Shown here: positions 20,267 through 28,596 of the stretch, one piece after another | Layout of the letters: every line of letters starts with the position of its first letter | How positions within the stretch are numbered: the first letter of the stretch is position 1 | NCBI GenBank assembly: GCA_965206775.1 | Contig: CBDBKU010000002.1 | Coordinates: 1,999,796-2,063,795 of the forward strand | DNA length: 64,000 bases | Direction of reading: 5' to 3' | Source of the DNA: Bryobacterales bacterium | GTDB lineage: Bacteria > Acidobacteriota > Terriglobia > Bryobacterales > UBA6623 | Translations under genes and position numbers: made by a program | Notes under the pieces: model-generated | The model's database searches: none | Told to the model about the DNA's origin: nothing | The model's input: only the letters and a program-made list of their open reading frames with translations

Positions 20267-21475
20267 ATGCGCACAGCCTGCCTTCTCCTCTCGTTCATCC
20301 TCCTCCCCGCTGGCTTGGCGGAGTGGCATCAATGGCGCGGTCCGAACCGCGACGGAAAGTCGCCTGAATCCGGATTGCTCGGCAAGTGGCCGGATGCAGG
20401 GCCCGCGAGAGTCTGGGAAGTCGACTCGCTCGGTGCCGGATATTCTTCACTGGCCTTTGCCGGCGGCAAGCTCTTCACCCAGGGCGCCAGAGACGGCAAG
20501 CAGCTCTTGATCGCCCTGGACTCCGAAACAGGCGAGACCATCTGGGAAACAGCGCACGGCAAACCATACTTCGATCGACGCGGGGACGGGCCGAGAGGCA
20601 CCCCCACGGTCGACGGCGACCGGGTCTACGCGCTCGGCGGCGACGGGAACCTCATCTGCGCGGACTCGTCAACCGGAGCCAAGATATGGGAAAAGCACCT
20701 GCTCAAGACCTATGGCGGCAGGAACATCAAATGGGGAATCAGCGAGTCGCCCCTGATCGACGGAGATCGAGTCGTCGTCAACGCGGGAGGTCCTGGCGCC
20801 TCGATCGTCGCGCTGCAGAAGCAGACGGGTGCCGAGCTGTGGAAAACGCAGAGCGACGAGGCCGGCTATTCCTCTGCCATGGCCGTCGACATCGACGGGG
20901 TGCGGCAGTATATCTTCCTCACCGGGGAAGGGGCAGTCGGCGTGCTTGCAGAGAACGGCGAGTTGCTCTGGCGCTACAGCCCGGTCAGCAACTCGACAGC
21001 AAACATCGCCACACCGGTCGTGCGCGACAACTTCGTCTTTGTGTCCTCCGCCTACGGCACTGGCTGCGCATTGCTGCGCCTCGAGAAGGACGGCCGTTCG
21101 ATCAGCGCGTCCGAGGTGTACTTTAACCGGGACATGAGGAACCACTACAGCAGCTCGGTTCTGATCGATGGCCACCTGTACGGCTTCTCGAGCCGGATCC
21201 TGACCGCGATGAACTTCGAGACGGGCGAGGTTGCCTGGCGCGACCGTTCTGTCGGCAAGGGCCAGATCATTTACGCCGACGGGAGGCTCTATATCCTCGG
21301 AGAGGATGGCGTGGTCGGTCTTGTCGAGCCCGATCCAGGCGAATACCGAGAGATCTCGCGCTTCGAGATTGGCCGCGGCGACTACCCGACATGGACGCTT
21401 CCGGTCATTGCGGCCGGCCGGCTCTACCTGCGCGACCAGAACCGGCTCTACGCCTACGATGTCAAGGCCCCGTAG
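20267..21475 (+). CDS. PQQ-like (BamB/PQQ_2) beta-propeller repeat protein, secreted
   Basis: Signal peptide MRTACLLLSFILLPAGLA, then WHQWRGPNRDGKS and repeated GDRVYALGGDG, DGDRVVVNAG and DGRLYILGEDG blades. Confidence 0.8.
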   Translation: MRTACLLLSFILLPAGLAEWHQWRGPNRDGKSPESGLLGKWPDAGPARVWEVDSLGAGYSSLAFAGGKLFTQGARDGKQLLIALDSETGETIWETAHGKPYFDRRGDGPRGTPTVDGDRVYALGGDGNLICADSSTGAKIWEKHLLKTYGGRNIKWGISESPLIDGDRVVVNAGGPGASIVALQKQTGAELWKTQSDEAGYSSAMAVDIDGVRQYIFLTGEGAVGVLAENGELLWRYSPVSNSTANIATPVVRDNFVFVSSAYGTGCALLRLEKDGRSISASEVYFNRDMRNHYSSSVLIDGHLYGFSSRILTAMNFETGEVAWRDRSVGKGQIIYADGRLYILGEDGVVGLVEPDPGEYREISRFEIGRGDYPTWTLPVIAAGRLYLRDQNRLYAYDVKAP

Positions 21476-21603
21476 CGCCCCGTCTCGAGAACCGGCGACC
21501 AGCAACCTCTCGTTGCGGTCCCGCTAGCTGCAAGGGGAATCGGGCCAAGTCGAACCGGTTCTCATCTCAGCAGGGGAATGGGCGCCGCGAACCTGCGAAG
21601 CAA

Positions 21604-22770
21604 CTAGCTCCAATCCGCGACTACCCGGCAGAGGTCGCACAGCCCAATCGCTTCGATCCCGTCTGCAACGGGATATCGCTCGGTACCGGAATAGACTGCG
21701 AAGGAACGAGCAGGGTCGATATCCCGCCGCGCATTCTTGAATCCCCTGGCCACCTTCGGAGAGTACGCGTTCTTGATTGCAACCGCCCAAGTTTCGCCCC
21801 GTGGCAACTCCAGGACGAGGTCTATTCCCGCTCCGTCGGCAGTGCGGTAGAAGCTTGGCTGGATCCTACGCGGAGCAGCCGCAAGGATGTTCTCGATCAC
21901 GAATCCTTCCCAGCTGTCTCCTGCAACCGGGTGACCGAGCAGAGCTTCCATGTCGGCAACTCCGAGCAGCGCATGCAGCAGGCCGGAATCGCGCACGTAG
22001 ACTTTGGGAGACTTGACCAAGCGCTTGCGGATGTCCGGAACATGCGCCGGGAGCCGACGGACCAGTAGAAGATCCACGAGCAAGTCCAGGTAGCGAGCTA
22101 CAGTCTTGCCGTCAATCGACAGGGCGTTGGCCAGCCGGGACGCATTCAAGACCTGCCCCTGGCAGTGAGCGAGCATCGTCCAGAACCGGCGGAGAGTCGC
22201 TGCCGGGATGCGGGGGCCGAGTTGCGGGATATCCCGTTCCAGGTAAGTGCGGATGAGTTCCTCCCGCCAGATGGAGCTGCCTTCTTCCGATTCGTGCAGC
22301 AGGCTGGGAGGGAAACCGCCCCGGACCCACAGATCGAGCGGGTCGGTTGAAGTCAGTTCCAAGACGTCAAGCGGCCCAAGTTCCACATAGGCGATCCTTC
22401 CGGCGAGACTCTCACCGGACCGGCGCAGGAGGGTGGCAGATGCGGAGGTTGACAGCAGGAAGCGCCCTGTTCCGGATTGCTGTCTCCCGCCCTCGTCGAC
22501 AATGCCTCGCAGCGCAGGGAACAGATCTGGAGCCCGCAGCGCTTCGTCGAGGACGACTAGCTTGTCGTCGTGGCCCGAGAGGTATCTGAGCGGAGCTGCG
22601 AGCTTGCGGGCGTCGCGGGGATTCTCCAGATCCAGATACACGCTTTCCCGGCCGTCGGCTATGCCGCGGACCACGGTGGTCTTGCCAGATTGACGCGGCC
22701 CGATCAGGGCGACTGTCGGGAACAGTCCGAGCAGATAGCTGACATCTCGGGCGATTCGCCGAGGAATCAT
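21604..22770 (-). CDS. AAA-type ATPase with DUF4143 C-terminal domain
   Basis: Walker A LIGPRQSGKTT; Walker B-like KLVVLDEA; later YLERDIPQLG and VYVRDSGLLHALLG blocks. Confidence 0.85.
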   Translation of the reverse strand: MIPRRIARDVSYLLGLFPTVALIGPRQSGKTTVVRGIADGRESVYLDLENPRDARKLAAPLRYLSGHDDKLVVLDEALRAPDLFPALRGIVDEGGRQQSGTGRFLLSTSASATLLRRSGESLAGRIAYVELGPLDVLELTSTDPLDLWVRGGFPPSLLHESEEGSSIWREELIRTYLERDIPQLGPRIPAATLRRFWTMLAHCQGQVLNASRLANALSIDGKTVARYLDLLVDLLLVRRLPAHVPDIRKRLVKSPKVYVRDSGLLHALLGVADMEALLGHPVAGDSWEGFVIENILAAAPRRIQPSFYRTADGAGIDLVLELPRGETWAVAIKNAYSPKVARGFKNARRDIDPARSFAVYSGTERYPVADGIEAIGLCDLCRVVADWS

Positions 22771-22927
22771 CCCCGTTATTATGGCATAGAAGTCTGAATT
22801 TACGGGGTTGTCCTACCTGCGCGCCGTCAGATTCGGTCTTCGTGCGCCAGCGGCCCAAAAGGTGGTCACCGCGTTGTCTCCGAAGTGGGGTGACCCGGTG
22901 ACCTTGGCGGTCCAGGGCCAAGCCCGG

Positions 22928-23689
22928 CTAGGACCCTGCTTTCGAAGTGCCCGGCGGAACGGGAGGTCTCAACTCACTTAGCAGGGCCTCCAATTCAGCA
23001 ACCCGCGCTTCCGCAGCCCGCCGCGCTCCGGCTTCCTCGTCGCGGCTGATTTCCGCAGCCCGCCGCGCTCCTGCCTCCTCGTCGGAGAACAACAGGTCCA
23101 GCCCTGTTCGCAAGTCCCGCATGCGCACGCGCTTGTCCTCCGCGCGCAACCCCAGCCCCAGCACCTCGCTCCTCACTTCCGCACCGTCTCCGGGCTCCAC
23201 CTCGACCAATCCGCTCCCCCACCGCCGGTACGCCTGCAGCTGGCCGTCGTGCTCCCCGTCCTCGTACACCGGGTCGAACACCAAGTACTCCCGCACGCCC
23301 AGCGCCGCGTACAACTCCCGCTTCACCGTCCGGTCCCGCTTCCGCGAACCTGGCGAACTCACTTCCGCCACGAAGTCCGGCGGCTTGCCCTCCTCCCACA
23401 GCAGGTACGTCCGCCGCCTTCCCGCCGGCACGCCAAGCACCACCATCGTGTCCGGTGCGACGCACTTGCGCGGGTTGCCTTCCTCGTAGTACAGCAGCAG
23501 GTCGCCTGTGACATACGTGTCGGCGCTCCCTTGGAAACGCAACTCCAAGGTCGACAGGATCGAGAGGATGGCCCGGCGATGCTCGTCGTTCTCCGCCATC
23601 GGCAAGCCGTCCGAGTCCGGGTACAGCATCGGGCCCGGCTCACCGAGGCGAGCGCGCGCGCGCTGCTCGGCTATCCGCTCTTCGGCCAT
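22928..23689 (-). CDS. Uma2-family (DUF820) endonuclease, second copy, with coiled-coil tail
   Basis: VAPDTMVVLGVPAGRRRTYLLWEEGKPPDFVAEVSSPGSRKRDRTVKRELYAALGVREYLVFDP. The tail is DEEAGARRAAEISRDEEAGARRAAEARVAELEALL. Confidence 0.85.
   Translation of the reverse strand: MAEERIAEQRARARLGEPGPMLYPDSDGLPMAENDEHRRAILSILSTLELRFQGSADTYVTGDLLLYYEEGNPRKCVAPDTMVVLGVPAGRRRTYLLWEEGKPPDFVAEVSSPGSRKRDRTVKRELYAALGVREYLVFDPVYEDGEHDGQLQAYRRWGSGLVEVEPGDGAEVRSEVLGLGLRAEDKRVRMRDLRTGLDLLFSDEEAGARRAAEISRDEEAGARRAAEARVAELEALLSELRPPVPPGTSKAGS
23009..23084. repeat. 42-bp tandem duplication inside the Uma2 tail
   Basis: ttccgcagcccgccgcgctcCGgcTtcctcgtcg recurs 42 bp later with 2 mismatches. It encodes the duplicated DEEAGARRAAE peptide. 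Confidence 0.6.
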
Positions 23690-24263
23690 GGCTACCCTGC
23701 TAGCGCGACAGTCCCGCTATCCGGGACTGAAGTATAGCACCCGTCGGCGACCCAGCTCTCTCTTCGCAGGCCCCAGCCTCGGCCGGGCCCTCGGCTCTGG
23801 GTCCAGCGTCCCGCTCGCCTCCGCGCTTGTCGGTCCGAGGCGCAGCCTCGCTGGTGCCTAGTCCACAGACTGCGCGGACGAAGCTGAATGCTATAGTCCG
23901 GGCCATCTGCCGGAGCCGGGTGGAAACCGGCCTAAGCCATCCTGTAGAGCAACATGGAACACCAGCGCGGCCCTCGAAACCATGCGCGGCTTGGATACCG
24001 CCAATGACCGCTCAAGTCCTACACATCGAGGAAACGGCGCACGCCGCCGGGCCGCGAGATTCTCGGCTCGAGGCCTTGCAGTTCGACTCGGGTCCACGCG
24101 ACAGGCCTGATCATGGAAGCCGTATAAGTCCGGAGTGCCCGCGAACACCACCGGCGACGCTCGCATTGACACTCCCCCCTCGCGCCCGATCGTATTCGAT
24201 GCGAAGCGAAAGGGCGCCCGCCTGCGGCTTTCCCGTACAAGCCGCCCTTGACGGATTCCGCCG

Positions 24264-24956
24264 ATGCGCGAACACGACCTCTATCCTCCGGTAAAGGCTT
24301 TCCTCGAAGCCCAGGGCTATGCCGTGAAGGCAGAGGTCAAGGACTGCGATGTGGTCGCGATCCGCGGCGGAGAGCCGCCCGTCATCGTCGAGCTGAAGAC
24401 CTCATTCTCCCTGCCACTGGTCTTTCAGGGGATTGCGCGGCAGGGGCTCTCCGACATTGTCTATCTCGCGGTCCCGCCGTTCTCCGGCCGCACCGCCCGC
24501 CGGAAGGACGCGCTTGCGCTCTGCCGCCGGCTCGGGCTTGGGCTACTGACGGTCCGCTTCGAGCCCAAGCCTTTCGTGGAGGCGCTGCTCGACCCGGGGC
24601 CCTACCGGCCGCGCAAGCGCAAACCTGTGATCGGGCGGTTATTGCGGGAGTTCCAGCACAGGGTGGGCGATCCGAACGTAGGCGGGTCGGCCCGGCGCAA
24701 GATCATGACGGCCTACCGCCAGGACGCCCTGCGGTGCGCGATGCATCTTCGCCGTAACGGTCCGGCAAGAGCCGCCGTCGTCGCCAGGACTACGGGCGTT
24801 GCCAGGGCTGGGGCCATGATGCGCGTCGATCACTCCGGCTGGTTCGAACGCGCCGCCGACACGCCCCGGGGGGTTTACTGCCTTACCCCGAAAGGCCGGG
24901 AGGCGCTGGAGGAGTACGCCGATACCGTCGCGGCGCTCGAGCGGAATGACGGCTAG
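24264..24956 (+). CDS. DUF2161-family protein (putative PD-(D/E)xK-like nuclease plus wHTH)
   Basis: MREHDLYPPVKAFLEAQGYAVKAEVKDCDVVAIRGGEPPVIVELKTSFSLPLVFQGIAR matches my memory of DUF2161 N-termini. Confidence 0.65.
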   Translation: MREHDLYPPVKAFLEAQGYAVKAEVKDCDVVAIRGGEPPVIVELKTSFSLPLVFQGIARQGLSDIVYLAVPPFSGRTARRKDALALCRRLGLGLLTVRFEPKPFVEALLDPGPYRPRKRKPVIGRLLREFQHRVGDPNVGGSARRKIMTAYRQDALRCAMHLRRNGPARAAVVARTTGVARAGAMMRVDHSGWFERAADTPRGVYCLTPKGREALEEYADTVAALERNDG

Positions 24957-25300
24957 GCATTTTCCGTCGGTCAACATACTCCGGACCTCGCGCGGAAGTT
25001 CAACCGCCATGTCGTTCCGGGCCGGGCATCAGCGAATGTCCCGGCTCTTCGGGACGATGCGCACGCCGCCGGGGCGCCATTGCTGATTCCCGAGCAATTG
25101 GCAATAGTTACGGCGGGGAGCGTGTACGTGTCCGAATACACCCTCGGCCGGGTGTTAGAGATCGACGCGCAGGGATCGATCTCCGGTGTCACTGGGAAGA
25201 TGCCGGGGCATCGGGTTCCTGCTGCGCAGGCCCTGCCAACGGCCGCCGGAAACCTGGCGCCTGGCAAGAACGGAGCAATCGCAACTTCCAAGGCATCGGC

Positions 25301-25681
25301 CTAGTCGGCAGAGTAGTCAGGATCTTCACCAGCGCCGGGTGCGGAGGATCTCGACCGGTGCGGCGCAACCGAGCCCCGTTCCTCGCTAACGGTACCGCGA
25401 GGAGGCCCGGCTGGCTCCGGTGCCGGATCGATCGTTTCACCGCCGTACACCCACTCCACGGCCACATAGGCGTCGCCGTAACGTCGATAGCGCAGCAGTT
25501 CGACACGGCGGCTGTGACGCTCGCCGGTCGAATACTCCGAAGCAAGGAATTCGACGCCGATCAGGGTGCACAAGTGCTTCTCGAAGAACTCTTGCAGCTC
25601 CCGTTCGTAGGGAAAGGCTCCCCTGTCCGGAAGCTCGTGGACGTTGCCGTGGATCTCGTGGAAGAACCGGATCGTCGCCAT
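25301..25681 (-). CDS. Hypothetical protein; the N-terminus resembles the leader of PD-(D/E)xK/NucS-like nucleases, probably truncated
   Basis: FPYERELQEFFEKHLCTLIGVEFLASEYSTG resembles the N-terminal segment of restriction-endonuclease-like proteins. The remainder is low-complexity. Confidence 0.3.
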   Translation of the reverse strand: MATIRFFHEIHGNVHELPDRGAFPYERELQEFFEKHLCTLIGVEFLASEYSTGERHSRRVELLRYRRYGDAYVAVEWVYGGETIDPAPEPAGPPRGTVSEERGSVAPHRSRSSAPGAGEDPDYSAD

Positions 25682-25903
25682 TCCGTCTCTCTGCGTTTTG
25701 CTGCCTGAGTAGCGGACATCACCGAGTCCCTGGGCAGGAACCGCCCTTGCGCGGCTTGATCACGACGATCACCGGGGCAGCTGCCGGTGACGGCCTCGGG
25801 CTCGACAACGGCCATTATTATGGACCACGTCGTCAAACAGGTCCACGCTGCTACCGGTTCGGCGCGGTGTCGGTGCCATGGTGCGTGAATCCTCCTACCG
25901 GCG

Positions 25904-26026
25904 CTAGCCATCCAGATAAGCCGCCCAGTCGTCCATCAGCAGTCAACGCCGCTCGAACAGGTCCGATTGCGCATCCGCCGGTGCGACCTTGTTCGGCACC
26001 ACGTGCTCGGCATCGCTGGCAGGGTG
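25904..26026 (-). pseudogene. C-terminal tail of a P4-type tyrosine integrase (remnant, in-frame TGA)
   Basis: HPASDAEHVVPNKVAPADAQSDLFERR*LLMDDWAAYLDG* shows the characteristic ..SDLFERRRxLMxxWAxYL ending. The TGA is at 25943-25945. No upstream integrase body is present. Confidence 0.5.
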
Positions 26027-26135
26027 CTTAGCCCGCGGGCCAAGTCGGTCATGCAGCCTTGATCTGATTGACGGTGTTGGCTGACTGTTCCGCTGGAACG
26101 TCGCAGCGTATCGGCCCGGAACTGCGACATCCAGA

Positions 26136-27131
26136 TTACTCGGGCGATCCCTGCCGGCCCTCGAGGTACCTCGCCACGGCCCCCCTCCTGGCAGTTTCCT
26201 TCCGTGTGTAGCGGATCACCATGCCGGCGGACCTCCAGCCGCCCGCCGCGGCGATCTCGTGCGTGGAGGCGCCGGCGCGGCTGAGCTCGGCGGCCAGGCC
26301 CACGCGCCCGGAATGCCCGGAGAAGCCCTCCCCGAGCCCGGCGGCGCGGGCGGCGGCCGCGACGCGCCTTCCGATTTGCCGGCCCGAGAGCCCGAACACG
26401 GAATCCTCCGGGCCCGCGCCTTCCGGGCGGACCGCCTCGAGAGCGCGCACGGCGTCGCGGGGCAGGTAGCGCACGTCTCCCTCGGCTTCCTGGTCGGTCT
26501 TGGAACGGCGCACCCAGAGCAGCCCGCTGCCGTCCGCGGAGGCCTCCACGCCGCCCCACGCCAGCTCCGCGGCCTCCGAGCGCCGCAGCCCGGCATAGAA
26601 GAGCACCGAGCAGAGCGCGATGTCGGCCAGCCCGCGCGCCCGGGCTTTTCCCTCCGATTCGGTGCGCCCGGTCTGCCGGCCCGTGCGCGCCTGGCAGGCG
26701 GTCGCCCGGATCGCCGCCAGCTCCGCCAGGCCCAGGGCCCGGGCCTGGCGCTGCGGCGCGGCCCTTTCGCGGACCAGCCCGGCCAGGGCTCTTCTGACGA
26801 GCTCGCTGCCGGCGGGATCGTCCAGCCCGGAGGCGCGGTGGGCGGCGCCGATCGCGGCCCGGCGCACCTTGAGGGTCGACGCGGAGGCGGCCCCGGCGAT
26901 CGCGGCCAGGTGCGCCGCGACGGTCTGCGGGGCGGCCGGGGCGGGGGCGTAGCCGTGCCGGGAGCACCAGCCCTCGAAGGCTCGCCAGTGGCCCAGGTAG
27001 GCGCGCCGGGTGTTTTCCGCCAGGGACGCTGAAAGCGCCTTCCGGACGCGCTCCGCGTCGCCGGCGGCCAGGCCGGCGGGGGCGGGGGCATCCAGCGCGT
27101 CCGGCGGGGCAGGATGTCCCATAACGTCCAT
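26136..27131 (-). CDS. Tyrosine site-specific recombinase/integrase (XerC/D-like fold)
   Basis: 331 aa from the ATG at 27131. SAM-like N-domain (NTRRAYLGHWRAFEGWCSRHG). Catalytic region LFYAGLRRSEAAEL...GHSGRVGLAAELSRAG...GGWRSAGMVIRYTR (R..HxxR..Y). It sits in a much more GC-rich block than its flanks (by eye). Confidence 0.85.
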   Translation of the reverse strand: MDVMGHPAPPDALDAPAPAGLAAGDAERVRKALSASLAENTRRAYLGHWRAFEGWCSRHGYAPAPAAPQTVAAHLAAIAGAASASTLKVRRAAIGAAHRASGLDDPAGSELVRRALAGLVRERAAPQRQARALGLAELAAIRATACQARTGRQTGRTESEGKARARGLADIALCSVLFYAGLRRSEAAELAWGGVEASADGSGLLWVRRSKTDQEAEGDVRYLPRDAVRALEAVRPEGAGPEDSVFGLSGRQIGRRVAAAARAAGLGEGFSGHSGRVGLAAELSRAGASTHEIAAAGGWRSAGMVIRYTRKETARRGAVARYLEGRQGSPE

Positions 27132-28596
27132 TGGGTATCGTCCGATCCTGCCGTGGCCACGGTAATCGACGGCACGGTGACCGCTGTGGGGCCGGGGAAC
27201 GCAAGCACCGTTGCGACCTACCAGGGACGAAAGGCCGTGGCGGAGATTTCTGTGCACATATCCGCGAGCGAGACGGGTACGGTGCGTGTGATTTACGCGG
27301 CGCCGTCGGATCGTGAGTTTCGATCCGACTACCGAGATGCTATCCAGCATGCCATTGTGGATCTGCAGTCGTGGTATCGCCGACAACTCGGTGGACTGAC
27401 GTTCTCGCTGTATGACGCCACGCCCGAGCTGTGCCAACTGAGCGAGACCTCGGATTACTACGATCAAGATCCGTGGCACAAGGTACTCGAAGGCGTACAA
27501 CACTGCGCCCCCGTCGAAGACAACACATCCACCTTCGCGTGGGTCATCTACGCCGACCTGGAGGCGGTATGTGGTGCACACGGTCCGTTAGGACGCGGCG
27601 GGCCGGGCCTCACCATGGTCGGTCGGAAGGACCTGGAGGGCCTGATCGGCAACAGGCTCGTTTACTACGATGAGTGTGGCGTCGGTCCGTATGACTTTCC
27701 CGTTACCCGCTGGATCGGCGGTATCGGGCATGAACTTGGCCACGCGTTGAGACTTCCTCACCCACCGGGGTGTGACGAAGGGCTTCCGACATGTGACTTT
27801 GAGGCACTGATGCATATTGGGTACACGTTGTACCCGGACACGTATCTGCGCCCTGACGAGAAGCAAGTGCTTTGGCGGTCCCCGTTCATCGAAAAAAATC
27901 CCTCCCAGCGGCAATTGATGGAGGAAGCCGGGATCGTAGCGGCGATTCGGGGCACCGTGAGCGACCCGGGCGGCGAAGTCGTCGTAGGCATCCGTGTCTC
28001 GGCGGGTTCCGATGATTTTTGGGCGTGGGGCGAGACCGCATCGGACGGAATATTTGAAATCCGCCTGCCTGACGGCTCATCGGGTTCGTCAGTCCTGAGT
28101 GTTCACGCGGGCGGCGTTGCGGACTGCGGGTGGCTCGGATATCACGTTGCGGGCGGGCTCACGACGTTTCGGGAACACGCCACGCGAATCGAGCTCGGCG
28201 AGGTCGATCCAGCAATCATTGAGATCAGCCTTCCGGCCATTTCCGGGGAGCTGTGCCAGGGACAAAGGACGGTCAGCGGAACGGTGCTGGGACCGAGCGG
28301 TGATCCCGTGGGGGTCTTTGTGGGGGCCTTCGACCAATGGAGTTTTTCTGGGGACGACGGTCTGTTCGAACTTCGCCTGCCGGAAGGCTCGGAAGTCTCG
28401 TCTCCCTTATTTGTCGATGTGCCGGAGTGCGGGAATGTCGGATTCTACGGCCCGGGCGGCTTTACGACTCGCTTCGCCGATGCGTGGCAATGGGGAATTG
28501 GTGGCGTTAACGTGGCGGGCATCGTGATCCGGCTTCCTGCCACGCCAGAGGAACTGTGCCGCCGACAGCCTACAATCGCGGGGACAGTCGTCGGCC
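27114..28596 (+). pseudogene. Secreted zinc metalloprotease with Big_2 domain and tandem ~105-aa repeats; 5'-truncated and IS-interrupted (part 1)
   Basis: It starts in the middle of a Big_2 domain (VHWVSSDPAVATVIDGTVTAVGPGNASTVATYQGRKAVAEISV). HExxH site GIGHELGHALRLPHPPGC. Repeats run from 27955. The reading frame is cut by the IS end at 28596/28597. Confidence 0.75.
28587..28596. repeat. Target-site duplication (left copy) of the ISAs1-like element
   Basis: GTCGTCGGCC is repeated exactly at 30701-30710, immediately outside the IS inverted repeats. Confidence 0.8.

Noticed and set aside
25080-25304. NHL/beta-propeller-like peptide (AGSVYVSEYTLGRVLEIDAQGSISGVTG)
   Set aside because: Only one blade-like repeat is present and no extended ORF, so it is treated as a fragment too weak to annotate.
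25936-27208. Long overlapping ORFs (25936..27204, 26216..27208, 26259..27032 and others) across the integrase block
   Set aside because: They are Arg/Pro/Gly/Ala-rich translations of alternative frames of a very GC-rich gene. Only the 26136..27131 frame shows recombinase motifs.
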